Assembly: GCA_963703955.1 (NCBI GenBank)
Contig: CAVPGK010000011.1
Coordinates: 32,001 to 96,000 of the forward strand
Source of the DNA: Nitrospirota bacterium
Lineage (GTDB): Bacteria; Nitrospirota; Nitrospiria; Nitrospirales; Nitrospiraceae
Direction: 5' to 3'
DNA: 64,000 nt
Both the position numbers and the translations under genes were made by a program. Below the pieces are notes generated by a model. The model saw only the letters and a list, made by a program, of their open reading frames with translations. It was not told the DNA's origin and did not search any database. Below are positions 1-10,459 of this stretch, piece after piece (positions within the stretch are counted from its first letter, which is position 1; each line of letters begins with the position of its first letter).

Positions 1-37
1 GTTCATCGATCAGCTCAAACACATGTTCGGAATGTGA
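1..37 (+). CDS. possible 3' end of an upstream gene (..FIDQLKHMFGM*)
   Basis: Open frame from the window edge to TGA at 35-37; too short to identify. Confidence 0.3.
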   Translation, partial: FIDQLKHMFGM

Positions 38-88
38 TGTCCACTATGCGGGAGAACCAATCTGCGAGGTCATCTCCGTCCAGAGCGA

Positions 89-365
89 TCATTCACTCTT
101 GTATCTATACAGCCAGCGGGCCGTTGTTCCCCCTACATTTCGTATCGTATGGCGCACATGCGCCGGAATCAACACCTCTTCCCGCTGCCGAGTCCGAAAT
201 ATCCGGCCCTGCATTTCCAACTCGAGTTCTCCTTCCAGCACCATCAGCGCATCGTCCATCGAATGGACCGAGTCAATCCACTGCCGCCCCGGCGGATCGA
301 CCCACAGACTGCACGTGAAGCCGCGGGCGCCAATCATGCTCAGTGTCCGGCCGACTCATCGTCAT
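89..365 (-). CDS. cupin-domain protein (frameshift near 5' end)
   Basis: Cupin-like motifs LWVDPPG..H..D..MVLEGELELE and EVLIPAHVRHTIRN; an upstream ATG (MTMSRPDTEHDW) is joined by a frameshift near 330. Confidence 0.7.
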
Positions 366-481
366 TTTGCTTCAGCACTTGATCAATTCGGACGGTAGTG
401 GCGTCCCGATATGGGTAGGAATAGATGATAGCTGAGTCAAATTAGAAGCTCTTCACCTTGCTTGACTGAAACTTTCCTCAC

Positions 482-967
482 TCAATTACTTGATGGATCA
501 TCGCTACGCTGCCTGAAAAGGTTGATCAGGCCTTGCGGTACTGGGGCACCAATTCCAATAGTGCCATCCTTATCCACGACCACTCCTGCCCCCACACCGT
601 CAAATAAGCCATTTTTAAGCTCCAATCCTCCAACATTGATCTTGCGGTCTGTCACAGACGCCGTCACCTCTTGACCTCTTATCGTGCCAAAGACAACACT
701 CGTTGCTGAACCAGGACGGACTTTATAAAGAAATCTGCCTGAGGTGCGCTCTGTTGCTGTCACAATGCCGGGAGGTGACTTTAAGACGTCCGAAAATACG
801 TTTTCGACCGGAAGATTCTTTCGGACTTCGAAAACGGGCTTGCCTTTGTGTTCCAGAACAACGCTAATTAAAGGATCTTGGCCACTTTGCTCAATGATGA
901 AATATCGCCCCTCGAAAGCCAATGGAACGGAGCAGTTGATGAACTGATTCCCTCCGAAGCTAACCAT
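482..967 (-). CDS. hypothetical protein
   Basis: ORF; ATG at 967 (MVSFGGNQF) preceded by an AGAGGAGG RBS. Confidence 0.7.
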   Translation of the reverse strand: MVSFGGNQFINCSVPLAFEGRYFIIEQSGQDPLISVVLEHKGKPVFEVRKNLPVENVFSDVLKSPPGIVTATERTSGRFLYKVRPGSATSVVFGTIRGQEVTASVTDRKINVGGLELKNGLFDGVGAGVVVDKDGTIGIGAPVPQGLINLFRQRSDDPSSN

Positions 968-1194
968 ATTGATTCCTCCTCTTCGTAAAACAACGGAGTC
1001 AACATGTGACTCATTTTGGACTGAGGCGATTGTGTTCAGCTTCCTCTTAAAAACCTGCAAGGAACACCTTCCTGACCGCCGTACCACAGTCGAAGACCAC
1101 GGCGATGGTAATACCTAACGTTTCCACTCCTGAGTGGCGGGGTGCCGGGATGGGGCGTCTTAGCGAAGAGTCGCTGTCCCTTGTTCCGTCCCTC

Positions 1195-1599
1195 CTACGA
1201 CAACTGAAACTTCTCGTTCACGAATGTGTACTCGAAGATGCGATTGATGTGCACACCGGCGCGTGACGCAAAGAATTGGGCCGTCGCGCCGTACCCCTTC
1301 GGCACAAAGAGGTAGAACTGCAACCCCAGTGCCATGTAATCCTGCCATCGGCCGTGGGCATCCAACTCCGAGAAGGACTCTTCCGTTTCGACTTCAGCGA
1401 TCCACTCAACCGTGTTGCGTTCCGTGTTGAGTTGCCATCCGACAAGATCGGGATATTTTCTGTCCGCTGTCTTCCACGCATTTTTCTTCGACGTGTTGAC
1501 CGTCACCTGACAGTGCATGGTGTTCGCCCAACGCTGCGCTACCAGATTCACGATCTCGTCATGACAATTGACGCTGTCCGCACCGATCATTGCATCCAT
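1195..1599 (-). CDS. hypothetical protein with PD-(D/E)xK-like pattern
   Basis: 134-aa ORF with GGAGG RBS; YPDLV...IAEVET pattern; lies 80 bp downstream of nrdJ. Confidence 0.7.
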   Translation of the reverse strand: MDAMIGADSVNCHDEIVNLVAQRWANTMHCQVTVNTSKKNAWKTADRKYPDLVGWQLNTERNTVEWIAEVETEESFSELDAHGRWQDYMALGLQFYLFVPKGYGATAQFFASRAGVHINRIFEYTFVNEKFQLS

Positions 1600-1679
1600 T
1601 CCGCCTCCGTAAGTGAACCATCAAGGATTTGTTGCCTTTGATCAATTAACCAGCCGGTTTCCTTGCTTTGTCCTCCTTC

Positions 1680-4600
1680 CTATGAACAGCCGCTGGTCGA
1701 GCCGCAATTCATGCACTTCAGACAGTTTCCGTTGCGGACGAGCATGAACTCTCTGCACTGCTGACACGGATCGCCTTCGTAGCCTTTCTGTCTGGCGATC
1801 TGGATAGCGGTGGCGGTCAGTGTCAGCGTTTCCCGCTTCAACTCCAGCTTGTGCGACATATTGCTGTGGCCGTTCCCGTTGCCGCGCCGCGCCGGGAAGA
1901 CCTCCGTGCTGATGGACTGGGCGGCCAGCGTCTGCGGATCAGCCGGCTCGCTGTCAGCACATTCGGGGTCTTGGTCGTCTTTCTTCACCGTATCCATCCG
2001 CAGATCGTCCGGCACGACCTGCGCTAGATCGTGGCGGTCCAGGTAGGTGATGGCCAACTCGCGGAAGATGTAGTCGATGATCGAGGTGGACATCTTGATC
2101 TGCTCGTTGAGTCTGACGGGCCCGTTCGGCTCGAACCGCGTGAAGACAAACGCTTCGACGAACTCCTCCAACGGCACGCCGTGTTGCAATCCCAACGAAA
2201 TCGCGATGGCAAAGCAGTTCATTAAGCTGCGGAATGCCGCTCCTTCCTTGTGCATGTCCAGGAAGATTTCCCCCAGCGTTCCATCGCTGTACTCGCCTGT
2301 TCTGAGATAAATCTTGTGTCCGCCGACGATCGCCTTTTGCGTGTAGCCGTTCCGCCGCTCCGGCATGCGACGTCTCCGGCCGATATAGCGGACCATCACG
2401 CGCTCGGTGATCTTCTCGGCCATTTTCATGATGTCGCCGTTGGCCGCGGCCTCCGCTTCTCCGGATTCCGTGGAGGCGTTGAGCGGCTGGCTCAGTTTTG
2501 AGCCGTCCCGATACAGCGCGACCGCCTTGAGCATGCTGCGCCAGGCCAACAGGTACGAGGCCATCACCTCCTCCACCGTCGTGTCGGACGGCATGTTGAT
2601 CGTCTTGCTGATCGCGCCGCTGATAAAAGGCTGAGCCGCGGCCATCATACGGATATGCGCATCCACCGGGATGAACCGCTGGCCGCTCCGTCCGCACCGA
2701 TTGGCGCAGTCAAACACCGGCAAATGCTCCGCCTTGAGATGCGGAGCCCCTTCGACCGTCATGGTGCCGCAGCAGTAATCGTTCGCTGCCGCGATCTGCT
2801 CCTGGGTGAACCCTAACGCCTTGAGCATATTGAAATTCGGTTCGTTCAATTGGGCATCGGTAAGCCCGATCTTCTCGCGACAGAACGCCTCGCCTAAGGT
2901 CCACTTGTTGAAAGCGAACTGAATCTCGAAGGCCTGGGCTAATGCCGCCTCCAGACGGTCCAGGGCCGCGCCGTCAAAGCCTTTGGCTTGCAATGCTTCG
3001 TGATTGATGAACGGCGCGCCGTTCAGGGTCCATCGGCCCGTGCAATACGTCACGATGTCCTGGATCTGTGCCTCCGTGTATCCCAGCGTCATCAGCGCGG
3101 GCGGCAGGCTTTGGTTGATGATCTTAAAATAGCCGCCGCCGGCCAGCTTCTTGAATTTCACTAGCGCAAAATCCGGCTCGATGCCGGTGGTGTCGCAATC
3201 CATGACCAACCCGATTGTTCCGGTTGGAGCGATCACGGTGGTCTGGGCGTTTCGGAATCCGTACGCCGTCCCCAGCTCGAGGGCGCGGTCCCACGATCTC
3301 CGCGCCGCCAGCAGCAGATCCGGCGGACAATGTAGGGGCTGAATACCCTTGGGAGTGATGGTGAGTCCTTCGTATTCTTCTGGAGGCGCATTGTAGGCTG
3401 CTCTCCGATGGTTGCGGATGACCCGCAACATCGGCTCGCGATTCCGCGCATACCCCTCAAAGGGACCGAGCTCGGCGGCCATCTCGGCCGAGGCGGCATA
3501 GGATTCACCGGTCAGGATCGCCGTGACCGCGCCACACAAAGCCAAGGCCTGCGGCGAGTCATACGGAATACCCTGACGCAGCAAGACCGTTCCTAGGTTC
3601 GCATAGCCCAATCCCAGCGTCCGGAACACGAAACTCTTTTGCGCGATGGAGCGGCTCGGGAACGAGGCCATCAGCACGCTGATCTCGAGCACGATCGTCC
3701 AGAGTCGGACCGCATGGCGGAAGTCTTCGAGGTTGAATTGACCATTCGACGCGAAAAACTCACCGAGATTCAACGACGCCAGGTTGCAGGCGGTATCATC
3801 CAAGAACATGTACTCGCTGCAGTTGTGCACCACGAGTCCGGAGGCTACGAAATGATGTGTCGCCTCCTCGGTGAGATCAAATACGTCCGCATGGCCCGTA
3901 GGCTCGATGGACGCCACCTCATCAGTCAACTCATCCAGATACCACGCCACCTCCGCATTCAGATGCGCAAGAGCCGCGGCCTTTTGACTTTGCGGATGGA
4001 ACCCGATCTCCCGCTCGAAGATGAACCGGGACGACCCACTGATTCGAAGCGACCACCGGTTCTTCGGAGTCAAATCGCTCCCCCAGTCTACTCGGCTGTC
4101 GTCCAGCACGGACTTGATGCCGAAGGCCAGCAGCAGCAATTGCACCTGCTCCAGCAATTCCCGCGAACTGGAATCCAAGGCGATAGACCGGCACTGTTCC
4201 CCTTCTTTCACGACCGTTCCGTCCGCCGTGAACAGACCCCGAAGGACTCCCGCCAGCGCCGGACGATCCAGATCGTACGCCGCAGCGGTGAATCGTTTTC
4301 CCTCCGGGCCTTCGTCCGACACCGCGAACTGCCGGAACAGATCAACCACCGGCTTGGAGCCGATCGTAAGCCTGGCCCCCGTCACCCCATAGGTCACCTG
4401 AGCGCCGTCGTTGTGTGCCTCTGAGCCCACCGCCCTCAGCGCCGCTCTGTGTGTATTGACCGCTTCGGCGATGGAAGTCAGGACGAGCGTCTCGTTGGCG
4501 TGCATGGTCAGGACGACAAGGGCCCCGGTGCCACAGGTTACCGATCTATTGAGGCAACGATCCCCCATGGACACGCCGATGCCCAGCGCCAGATTCGCCG

Positions 4601-7424
4601 GTAACGTCCGGCGACCGAACCCTGGGCCCTGGAGGAACAGTCGATCATCCGGGGTGAGGTCCTTCACGGCAACGTCACCACGCCCGTCCGTCAGCACTCG
4701 GTGATCGCCGGTGATGCGGACTTGATAGCCCGACCGGGTCGTCAACCGGAAGGTCGGTTTGCGGCCGGTGGGGAAAATCCGGGTGACCACATGCGGCTGG
4801 CTGTCTGCGCCGATGATGCGAACCGACTTTCCGACGAGTTCGTCGATGCGCTGCCAGCCCTCGCTCGTCGCGACCAGGGTGTCGCCGGTCACACAGGGAT
4901 TGGACGCGTTGATGCGGCCGTCCTCCGGACAGGTGTGCCATTCATTGATCGTGGTGTCGTACTGGGTGCCGGGATCCGCGCAGATCCACGCCGCCCATGC
5001 GATCTTGTCCCACAGCTCGCGCGCCTTGATGACCTTCGTGACCTTGCCGTCCGTCCGGCGCGTGAGCGGCCAATCACCATCCTGTTCCAAGACCTCGAAA
5101 AACCCGTTCGGGATACGCAGGCTGTTGTTGGAGTTTTGACCCGCAACGGTTTGGTACGCCTTCCCGTCCCAGTTCGTGTCGTACTCGTGGAAGACAAAAT
5201 GTGTGAAACCTTCCTGCGCATAGGCAAACATCCTCTGGACATAGGCCTCCGGGACAGCCGCCTGGCGAGCCGCCCTAATCGCGTCCTTGAGCGCCGGATT
5301 ATTCTGAGGATTGGTCTCGATGCTGGTCCGACCATCCGCGCCGTCCGGCACATGACAGGCTTTCAAGACCGCATTGAGCCGCTGGGCACAGACCTTCGAG
5401 CCGGTGACCATGGCCGCCACCTTCTGCTCCTCGATCACCTTCCAATCGATAAATTCCTCTACATCGGGGTGGTCGAGGTCCAAGCACACCATCTTCGCGG
5501 CGCGCCTGGTCGTCCCGCCGGACTTGATCGCGCCGGCAGCCCGATCGCCGATCCGGAGGAAGGACATCAGGCCGGATGATTTCCCGCCACCCGAAAGGGA
5601 CTCGTTTTCACCGCGCAATTTAGAAAAGTTGGTCCCCGTTCCCGAGCCATACTTGAACAGGCGGGCTTCGCGGATCCATAGGTCCATGATCCCACCTTCA
5701 TTGACCAGATCATCCTCGATGGACTGGATGAAGCAGTTGTGAACCACGACGTTATTGGAAAGGTATTGGCCACTCTCGGTTTGAATATCGTAAACCGGCT
5801 GCACACCCATCGCTTCGACCCGTACGATCGCCTCTTCCCGTAGACCAGGTAGCAGTTTTCCGGCGAATTGATCGGAGCAGGCGACCTCAAGCTTTTGGCG
5901 CTTGTCCTCGGATACGAACCCGATCAGGTCACGGAAACGAGCGCGTGAATCCGCGTGGCCGATCGAAACAGAATACGGTGCGCTGCGATTCTCCCGGGTC
6001 ACTATTCCCCGCTGGATTCGGGCATAGATTCCAAGGTTCAGTAGGAGCGCTTGGACATCGTGTGCCCAAGGTTCTGAGGTCGTTGTCAGCACAACATCAG
6101 CGATACGCGAAGCGCGGGACCGCAGGCGTACTCTCCCATCGAGCTGAAAGAGCGCGGACAGGTATGCCGCTTGGGCCTGCACCCCTGCCGTGCGAATAGC
6201 ATCCGGCATTGAGAGATCAAGAGTACTTCGTAGAAGTTGATACCGGCCAGCAAACGGCCGAAGGTCTTCTCCATGGAGGCGTACCCGGCGAACATCAAGG
6301 TCCGGCTCCCTCGTCTCAAGGAAACGCACGTGGCACTGCATCCATGGAAAAACTCGTTGCACCCGTTCCACCACAAAATTGTATTCATCCTTGTCGATGG
6401 TGTTGAACTCAATGGTCAGACCGCCGTTCGTTCCTTGTTCATCACAAGTGGAAGGGTACCCCGGAGGCGCCCCTTCCACACCCACTTGTCCCACGAATCC
6501 GTCAGCCTGGAGCCACCCGACCAGAGCAGCTTCGTCAACAGTCTGTTGTTCCGACTTCGTTGTGACGGAGGTCCGCGTCGAAAGCTGAAGACGCATCCCG
6601 GACACAAGCTCATCCACACGACGCCAAACGCCGATTGAACGTCGCCTATCCAGAGCATGAACCATGTGATCGCCGGTCGCCTCAACGCACGCTCCGTTCT
6701 TGAGCCTGATGCGGAAGACCGGCTTTTTGCCGTTTGCCTTGACTGCAACGACGCGGGTGATCCCCGCGCCTTGCTCTCGACCGTCATAGACTGCAAGGCC
6801 GATGAGATTTTTCGTCACGATGTCCCCGATGAGCACTGGACCTTGAGGCGTGGCAATGCGCGCATGATACGGCTGGCATGCATGTGGTTGTGGGTGCTCA
6901 AAGGCGTTGGTTGCTTTGACCAGATCATGAGTTTGAGGATCGACATAGTGGTGTCCCTGTGAAGGACCGGAGAGGCCGTAAGCGTAGTGCAAGCCGGTGT
7001 TGAACCACTGCGGAGAATTCGGCGCAGCCATCTGGCGCGCCAGCATGTGACATAGCTCGTCGTAAAAGGCCGACGAGTCTTCTTCCGTATTGAAATAGCC
7101 GTGGCGCTTTCCCCAATCGGTCCAACAGCCGGCGAGCCGATGAAAGACCTGCCGGGCATCGCTTTCACCGGCCAGCACTGGCCGACCATCCGGTTCGGTC
7201 AGAGGATTCCCGTCGGGACCGACCTGAGGGACGCCCGCCTTCCGAAAATACTTCTGCGCCAGGATATCCACCGCAAGCTGCGACCACTGGCTCGGCGCGT
7301 CGATATTCTCCAGCTTAAAGACCGTCGAGCCGTCTGGATTCCTGATTTCAGAAGATCGCTTCGAGAACGTGATGCCCTCGTACGGGCTCTGTCCCTTCCG
7401 TGTGAATCTGCGTTCGATTCTCAC
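1680..7424 (-). CDS. nrdJ: vitamin B12-dependent class II ribonucleotide reductase with two inteins (mature protein ~1175 aa)
   Basis: Motifs [52 protein letters not shown]-terminal TSCPD-like domain and Zn ribbon (CQQC...[11 protein letters not shown]). Confidence 0.97.
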   Translation of the reverse strand: MRIERRFTRKGQSPYEGITFSKRSSEIRNPDGSTVFKLENIDAPSQWSQLAVDILAQKYFRKAGVPQVGPDGNPLTEPDGRPVLAGESDARQVFHRLAGCWTDWGKRHGYFNTEEDSSAFYDELCHMLARQMAAPNSPQWFNTGLHYAYGLSGPSQGHHYVDPQTHDLVKATNAFEHPQPHACQPYHARIATPQGPVLIGDIVTKNLIGLAVYDGREQGAGITRVVAVKANGKKPVFRIRLKNGACVEATGDHMVHALDRRRSIGVWRRVDELVSGMRLQLSTRTSVTTKSEQQTVDEAALVGWLQADGFVGQVGVEGAPPGYPSTCDEQGTNGGLTIEFNTIDKDEYNFVVERVQRVFPWMQCHVRFLETREPDLDVRRVRLHGEDLRPFAGRYQLLRSTLDLSMPDAIRTAGVQAQAAYLSALFQLDGRVRLRSRASRIADVVLTTTSEPWAHDVQALLLNLGIYARIQRGIVTRENRSAPYSVSIGHADSRARFRDLIGFVSEDKRQKLEVACSDQFAGKLLPGLREEAIVRVEAMGVQPVYDIQTESGQYLSNNVVVHNCFIQSIEDDLVNEGGIMDLWIREARLFKYGSGTGTNFSKLRGENESLSGGGKSSGLMSFLRIGDRAAGAIKSGGTTRRAAKMVCLDLDHPDVEEFIDWKVIEEQKVAAMVTGSKVCAQRLNAVLKACHVPDGADGRTSIETNPQNNPALKDAIRAARQAAVPEAYVQRMFAYAQEGFTHFVFHEYDTNWDGKAYQTVAGQNSNNSLRIPNGFFEVLEQDGDWPLTRRTDGKVTKVIKARELWDKIAWAAWICADPGTQYDTTINEWHTCPEDGRINASNPCVTGDTLVATSEGWQRIDELVGKSVRIIGADSQPHVVTRIFPTGRKPTFRLTTRSGYQVRITGDHRVLTDGRGDVAVKDLTPDDRLFLQGPGFGRRTLPANLALGIGVSMGDRCLNRSVTCGTGALVVLTMHANETLVLTSIAEAVNTHRAALRAVGSEAHNDGAQVTYGVTGARLTIGSKPVVDLFRQFAVSDEGPEGKRFTAAAYDLDRPALAGVLRGLFTADGTVVKEGEQCRSIALDSSSRELLEQVQLLLLAFGIKSVLDDSRVDWGSDLTPKNRWSLRISGSSRFIFEREIGFHPQSQKAAALAHLNAEVAWYLDELTDEVASIEPTGHADVFDLTEEATHHFVASGLVVHNCSEYMFLDDTACNLASLNLGEFFASNGQFNLEDFRHAVRLWTIVLEISVLMASFPSRSIAQKSFVFRTLGLGYANLGTVLLRQGIPYDSPQALALCGAVTAILTGESYAASAEMAAELGPFEGYARNREPMLRVIRNHRRAAYNAPPEEYEGLTITPKGIQPLHCPPDLLLAARRSWDRALELGTAYGFRNAQTTVIAPTGTIGLVMDCDTTGIEPDFALVKFKKLAGGGYFKIINQSLPPALMTLGYTEAQIQDIVTYCTGRWTLNGAPFINHEALQAKGFDGAALDRLEAALAQAFEIQFAFNKWTLGEAFCREKIGLTDAQLNEPNFNMLKALGFTQEQIAAANDYCCGTMTVEGAPHLKAEHLPVFDCANRCGRSGQRFIPVDAHIRMMAAAQPFISGAISKTINMPSDTTVEEVMASYLLAWRSMLKAVALYRDGSKLSQPLNASTESGEAEAAANGDIMKMAEKITERVMVRYIGRRRRMPERRNGYTQKAIVGGHKIYLRTGEYSDGTLGEIFLDMHKEGAAFRSLMNCFAIAISLGLQHGVPLEEFVEAFVFTRFEPNGPVRLNEQIKMSTSIIDYIFRELAITYLDRHDLAQVVPDDLRMDTVKKDDQDPECADSEPADPQTLAAQSISTEVFPARRGNGNGHSNMSHKLELKRETLTLTATAIQIARQKGYEGDPCQQCREFMLVRNGNCLKCMNCGSTSGCS
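3822..4895 (-). mobile_element. intein 2 in NrdJ (358 aa) with LAGLIDADG-like domain
   Basis: Starts [24 protein letters not shown]; ends LVVHN before the +1 Cys of NPCSE. Confidence 0.95.
5736..6878 (-). mobile_element. intein 1 in NrdJ (381 aa) with LAGLIDADG homing endonuclease
   Basis: Starts [13 protein letters not shown]; block [15 protein letters not shown] and [10 protein letters not shown] motifs; ends VVHN before the +1 Cys (CFIQS). Confidence 0.95.
6444..6489. repeat. short palindromic element inside the intein 1 coding sequence
   Basis: ACAAGTGG(6444-6451)/CCACTTGT(6482-6489) and GTGGAAGGG(6448-6456)/CCCTTCCAC(6471-6479) are perfect inverted repeats. Confidence 0.6.
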
Positions 7425-7494
7425 GTCATCCCTCCCCCTCGATTCGCTGTAAGTGATGTGATCCGATGGCAGATGAGCTTGAAATGCTCAGATG

Positions 7495-7541
7495 GTCCCA
7501 TATATAGCTCTTCCTATCTTTTGTCAACACAAAATGTTGTG
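7495..7541. promoter_or_regulatory. tandem NrdR-box-like sites upstream of nrdJ
   Basis: gtcCcAtATaTaGct (7495) and acaCaAaATgTtGtg (7527) match the acaCwAtATaTwGtg consensus; starts are 32 bp apart. Confidence 0.75.
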
Positions 7542-7547
7542 GTGGCC

Positions 7548-7632
7548 TGTGGATAGCTCGGAAGAGTCTGGGGATAACGAAAACGCCGGTATTGAGGCGG
7601 AAAGGCGGGGGATCAGACCGATCTTATCAACA
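7548..7632. promoter_or_regulatory. three DnaA-box-like 9-mers upstream of nrdJ
   Basis: TGTGGATAG (7548), TGGGGATAA (7569) and TTATCAACA (7624), each one mismatch from TTATCCACA or its reverse complement. Confidence 0.5.
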
Positions 7633-7654
7633 GGATTGAGAGAGATTATTCAGG

Positions 7655-8026
7655 CTAGAGCACCAGCTGTCCAAGTTTTCTTGCAATTTCTTCCTGCCCA
7701 TCGACAGGGAAAAAATTCATGCCGACTCCCACGACCACAACTCGCACATCGAACGCGTGAGTTTCAAAAATACTAAATAACCCATAATTCCTTCTGACGG
7801 TGTTCGAACGAATCAGAGATTCAATGACGCGTTTGCCCTGTTGTTTGAGAAGATCACGAATGACTTTTCGCTGATTCGTCGGCTCAGTTTCGTCCATGCG
7901 GTGGAGCGCCTGACTCAACGCCGCCTGCAAGAAGATCCCGTATTCCGGTGTAGTCGGGTTGGTCGCAGCCAGCGCGACGCACGCGCTCAAGAGGATCACG
8001 ATGATCAGGAGCGTTCGATTACTCAT
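7655..8026 (-). CDS. DUF4359-like exported hypothetical protein
   Basis: Hydrophobic N-terminus, ATNP...Y and RRNYGLFSIF pattern. Confidence 0.65.
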   Translation of the reverse strand: MSNRTLLIIVILLSACVALAATNPTTPEYGIFLQAALSQALHRMDETEPTNQRKVIRDLLKQQGKRVIESLIRSNTVRRNYGLFSIFETHAFDVRVVVVGVGMNFFPVDGQEEIARKLGQLVL

Positions 8027-8165
8027 CCTGAAGCCCTGCCTTCATGGTCATCTGCCTGTCGTTCCGAAACGGTGCAGCGCCTTCGTTTGACAATTCTCAT
8101 ACGGTTGCCTATGTTCTTCGCCCACCGGCGACGGGACTCCAAGACAATCCGAAAAGGAGGCTGCT

Positions 8166-8459
8166 ATGTACGTCTGGAGCAAGCGCATCGTCATTGGATT
8201 GCTGACCGCCTTCACGATCTTAATGGCGTTGTTTCTCATTCAAGACTCCGGGAACGAGACCAGCACGCTGAAACTTCACACGATCCGCTGGATTCTCCTG
8301 AATTACATCGGTCTGATGATCTGGCTCTTCGTCTGGATGTTCGATCAGGCACGAGTCCGTGGGAAGAGTCTTGCTATCTGGTTCCTTCCCTTCTTGTTCG
8401 CTCCCCTGCCCACGCTGATGATCTTTGTCTTGGTCTTACAGCGACGTCGAAAGGGATAA
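8166..8459 (+). CDS. small membrane protein
   Basis: AAGGAGG RBS; three hydrophobic segments. Confidence 0.75.
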   Translation: MYVWSKRIVIGLLTAFTILMALFLIQDSGNETSTLKLHTIRWILLNYIGLMIWLFVWMFDQARVRGKSLAIWFLPFLFAPLPTLMIFVLVLQRRRKG

Positions 8460-8482
8460 TTGTCATCCAAGTCATTTGGCCG

Positions 8483-9739
8483 CTATGATCCGTCCTGCGC
8501 TCCGTTTGGACGGTCGTTCATCAGATGCGCTCGGAGTTGCCATAAAAGCCACAGACCCGGCAATGCGGCAAGAAAGGTGATGAAAAAGAACGTGACCCAC
8601 CCGACGGCCTCGACGACGTATCCCGACGGCGGTCCGACAAAGACCCTGCCTACCGCCGCCAAGGCCGAGAGCGCGGCGTATTGAGTTGCGGTATAGCGGT
8701 GATCGCAGAGGGACATCATCAGCGCGACGAACGCCGCGGTTCCCATGCCGCCGGCAACGTTTTCGATCGCCACAGCTGACACCATCATCGGATAGCTCTT
8801 GCCGGTCCAGGCCAAGACCATAAAGGAAAAATTCGAGACGGCCTGAAGCACGCCGAAGACGAGCAGAGACCGGAATAGTCCCATCTTCGCCATCAGTGCC
8901 CCTCCGACCAGCGCTCCCAAGATTGTGGCGACCAACCCCATGCCCTTGTTCACCACTCCCACCTCGGACGGAGAAAAGCCAACACCGCGGATCAGGAAGG
9001 CGGTCGTGAGCGAGCCGGCGAAGGCGTCACCGACCTTGTACAGCACGATGAGCAGCAATAGACCGATCGCAGGAGATCGGGAAAAGAACTCCCGAACCGG
9101 TCCCCACACCGCTTCGTTGAGACTCCGCGGCACAGTGACCATTGAGGATGGCTCCGGGCTGAGCAGCGTCGCGCCCACGCCGAGAACCATCAGTGACGCG
9201 ATGAGCCAATAGGTGGCATGCCAACCGATCTGTTCGGAAATAATTAGGGCGACGGCGCCGGAGATCAGCATGGCGATGCGGTACCCCGTGACCGACACGG
9301 CTGCGCCGAAGCCGCGCTCCTGCGGTCTCAGCACATCGGCGCGGTAGGCATCAAACGCAATGTCCTGTGACGCGGACGTGAACGCCACAGCAAGAGCCAA
9401 CGTCGCCAGCAACCACGGCACTTGTGTCGGATCGGTCGTGGCCATCGCCGTGATCCCGGCGATCAGCCCGAGTTGGGCCGCCATGATCCAGCCTCGGCGG
9501 CGGCCCAACCAAGGCGGCACGAACCGGTCCATCAGAGGCGCCCACAGAAACTTAAGCGTGTATGGAAGTCCCACGAGGGTGAAAATCCCGATCGTCCGTA
9601 AATCAACTCCGGCGACGGTCAGCCATGCCTGAAGGGTGCCCCCCGTCAGCGCCAGAGGTAGTCCTGACGCGAATCCCAACGGCAACATGACGCCGACGCG
9701 GCGATTGGTGAAAATATCGAAGAAGGTTGGAGGTTTCAC
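8483..9739 (-). CDS. ampG: AmpG-family muropeptide MFS permease
   Basis: LGFASGLPLAL, KFLWAPLMDRF, GRRRGW, SASQDIAFDAYR and TATQYA motifs. Confidence 0.93.
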   Translation of the reverse strand: MKPPTFFDIFTNRRVGVMLPLGFASGLPLALTGGTLQAWLTVAGVDLRTIGIFTLVGLPYTLKFLWAPLMDRFVPPWLGRRRGWIMAAQLGLIAGITAMATTDPTQVPWLLATLALAVAFTSASQDIAFDAYRADVLRPQERGFGAAVSVTGYRIAMLISGAVALIISEQIGWHATYWLIASLMVLGVGATLLSPEPSSMVTVPRSLNEAVWGPVREFFSRSPAIGLLLLIVLYKVGDAFAGSLTTAFLIRGVGFSPSEVGVVNKGMGLVATILGALVGGALMAKMGLFRSLLVFGVLQAVSNFSFMVLAWTGKSYPMMVSAVAIENVAGGMGTAAFVALMMSLCDHRYTATQYAALSALAAVGRVFVGPPSGYVVEAVGWVTFFFITFLAALPGLWLLWQLRAHLMNDRPNGAQDGS

Positions 9740-9899
9740 CTGGCCTCGCAGAACGGTGGCGGTGCATTATGCCCAAACCGACAGGTCCGCTCTATGTCGT
9801 TCTCGGAGAACAAGATTGGATTGCAGCAGATAGGAGAGTCGTCGACTCGCCCATTCGGGCGACTCGACCTGAGCAGAACGCAAGTGTCAGACCGCCGAG

Positions 9900-10304
9900 T
9901 TAACAGCGCTGACCGTTAAAAACACAGGGTTTGAAGCGCGACTGATCGAACTCGATGTTCTCCTGATAGACGCGCTCATTCCCGTTTACCCCGTCTTGCT
10001 CGGGGTCATTCCACATAGTGTGGTTCCACCAATAGAAGAGAGGAAATTGCTCGGTGTAGTAGACTGGGTTTCCGTAATGGCTCCGTGTGTATTCCTGCAC
10101 CATTCGACCGGTGACGTAGTCCACTTCTCCGTTGCCCTTCAACGAATACAGCATCAGAAACATCCGCGCTTCATGGTCATACTGTTCATCAACCCGTGAA
10201 TTTTCGTCAGGTTCGACGGGGAGCGTTTCTTTCGTCCATCCCCCATCTGGAATGAAGAATGCCAAGGCAGTTACCAAGCTCAGCAGCGCGGCTCGTACGC
10301 TCAT
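9900..10304 (-). CDS. exported hypothetical protein
   Basis: Signal-peptide-like N-terminus; GAGGGG RBS. Confidence 0.7.
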   Translation of the reverse strand: MSVRAALLSLVTALAFFIPDGGWTKETLPVEPDENSRVDEQYDHEARMFLMLYSLKGNGEVDYVTGRMVQEYTRSHYGNPVYYTEQFPLFYWWNHTMWNDPEQDGVNGNERVYQENIEFDQSRFKPCVFNGQRC

Positions 10305-10459
10305 CGTGACCCCTCAGCAATGGCGCGGATGTGCAACTTTTTTTGAATATAGCACGAGTCGTGAGGACCGTGTCAACGCTCTCCTCGAATTCTGCTTGTT
10401 CGAAGCAACCGGGTTCTCCGCTTGCCGACGCATCAACGCGTCACCTATAATGCGGCCTC

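Noticed and set aside
1110..1195. Integron attC site near CCTAAC
   Set aside because: No matching GTTRRRY end, no cassette array and no integron integrase.
7425..7650. Cobalamin riboswitch upstream of nrdJ (and B12/SAM riboswitch upstream of metH)
   Set aside because: No B12-box or SAM core motifs were recognisable; the nrdJ region is explained by NrdR/DnaA-like sites.
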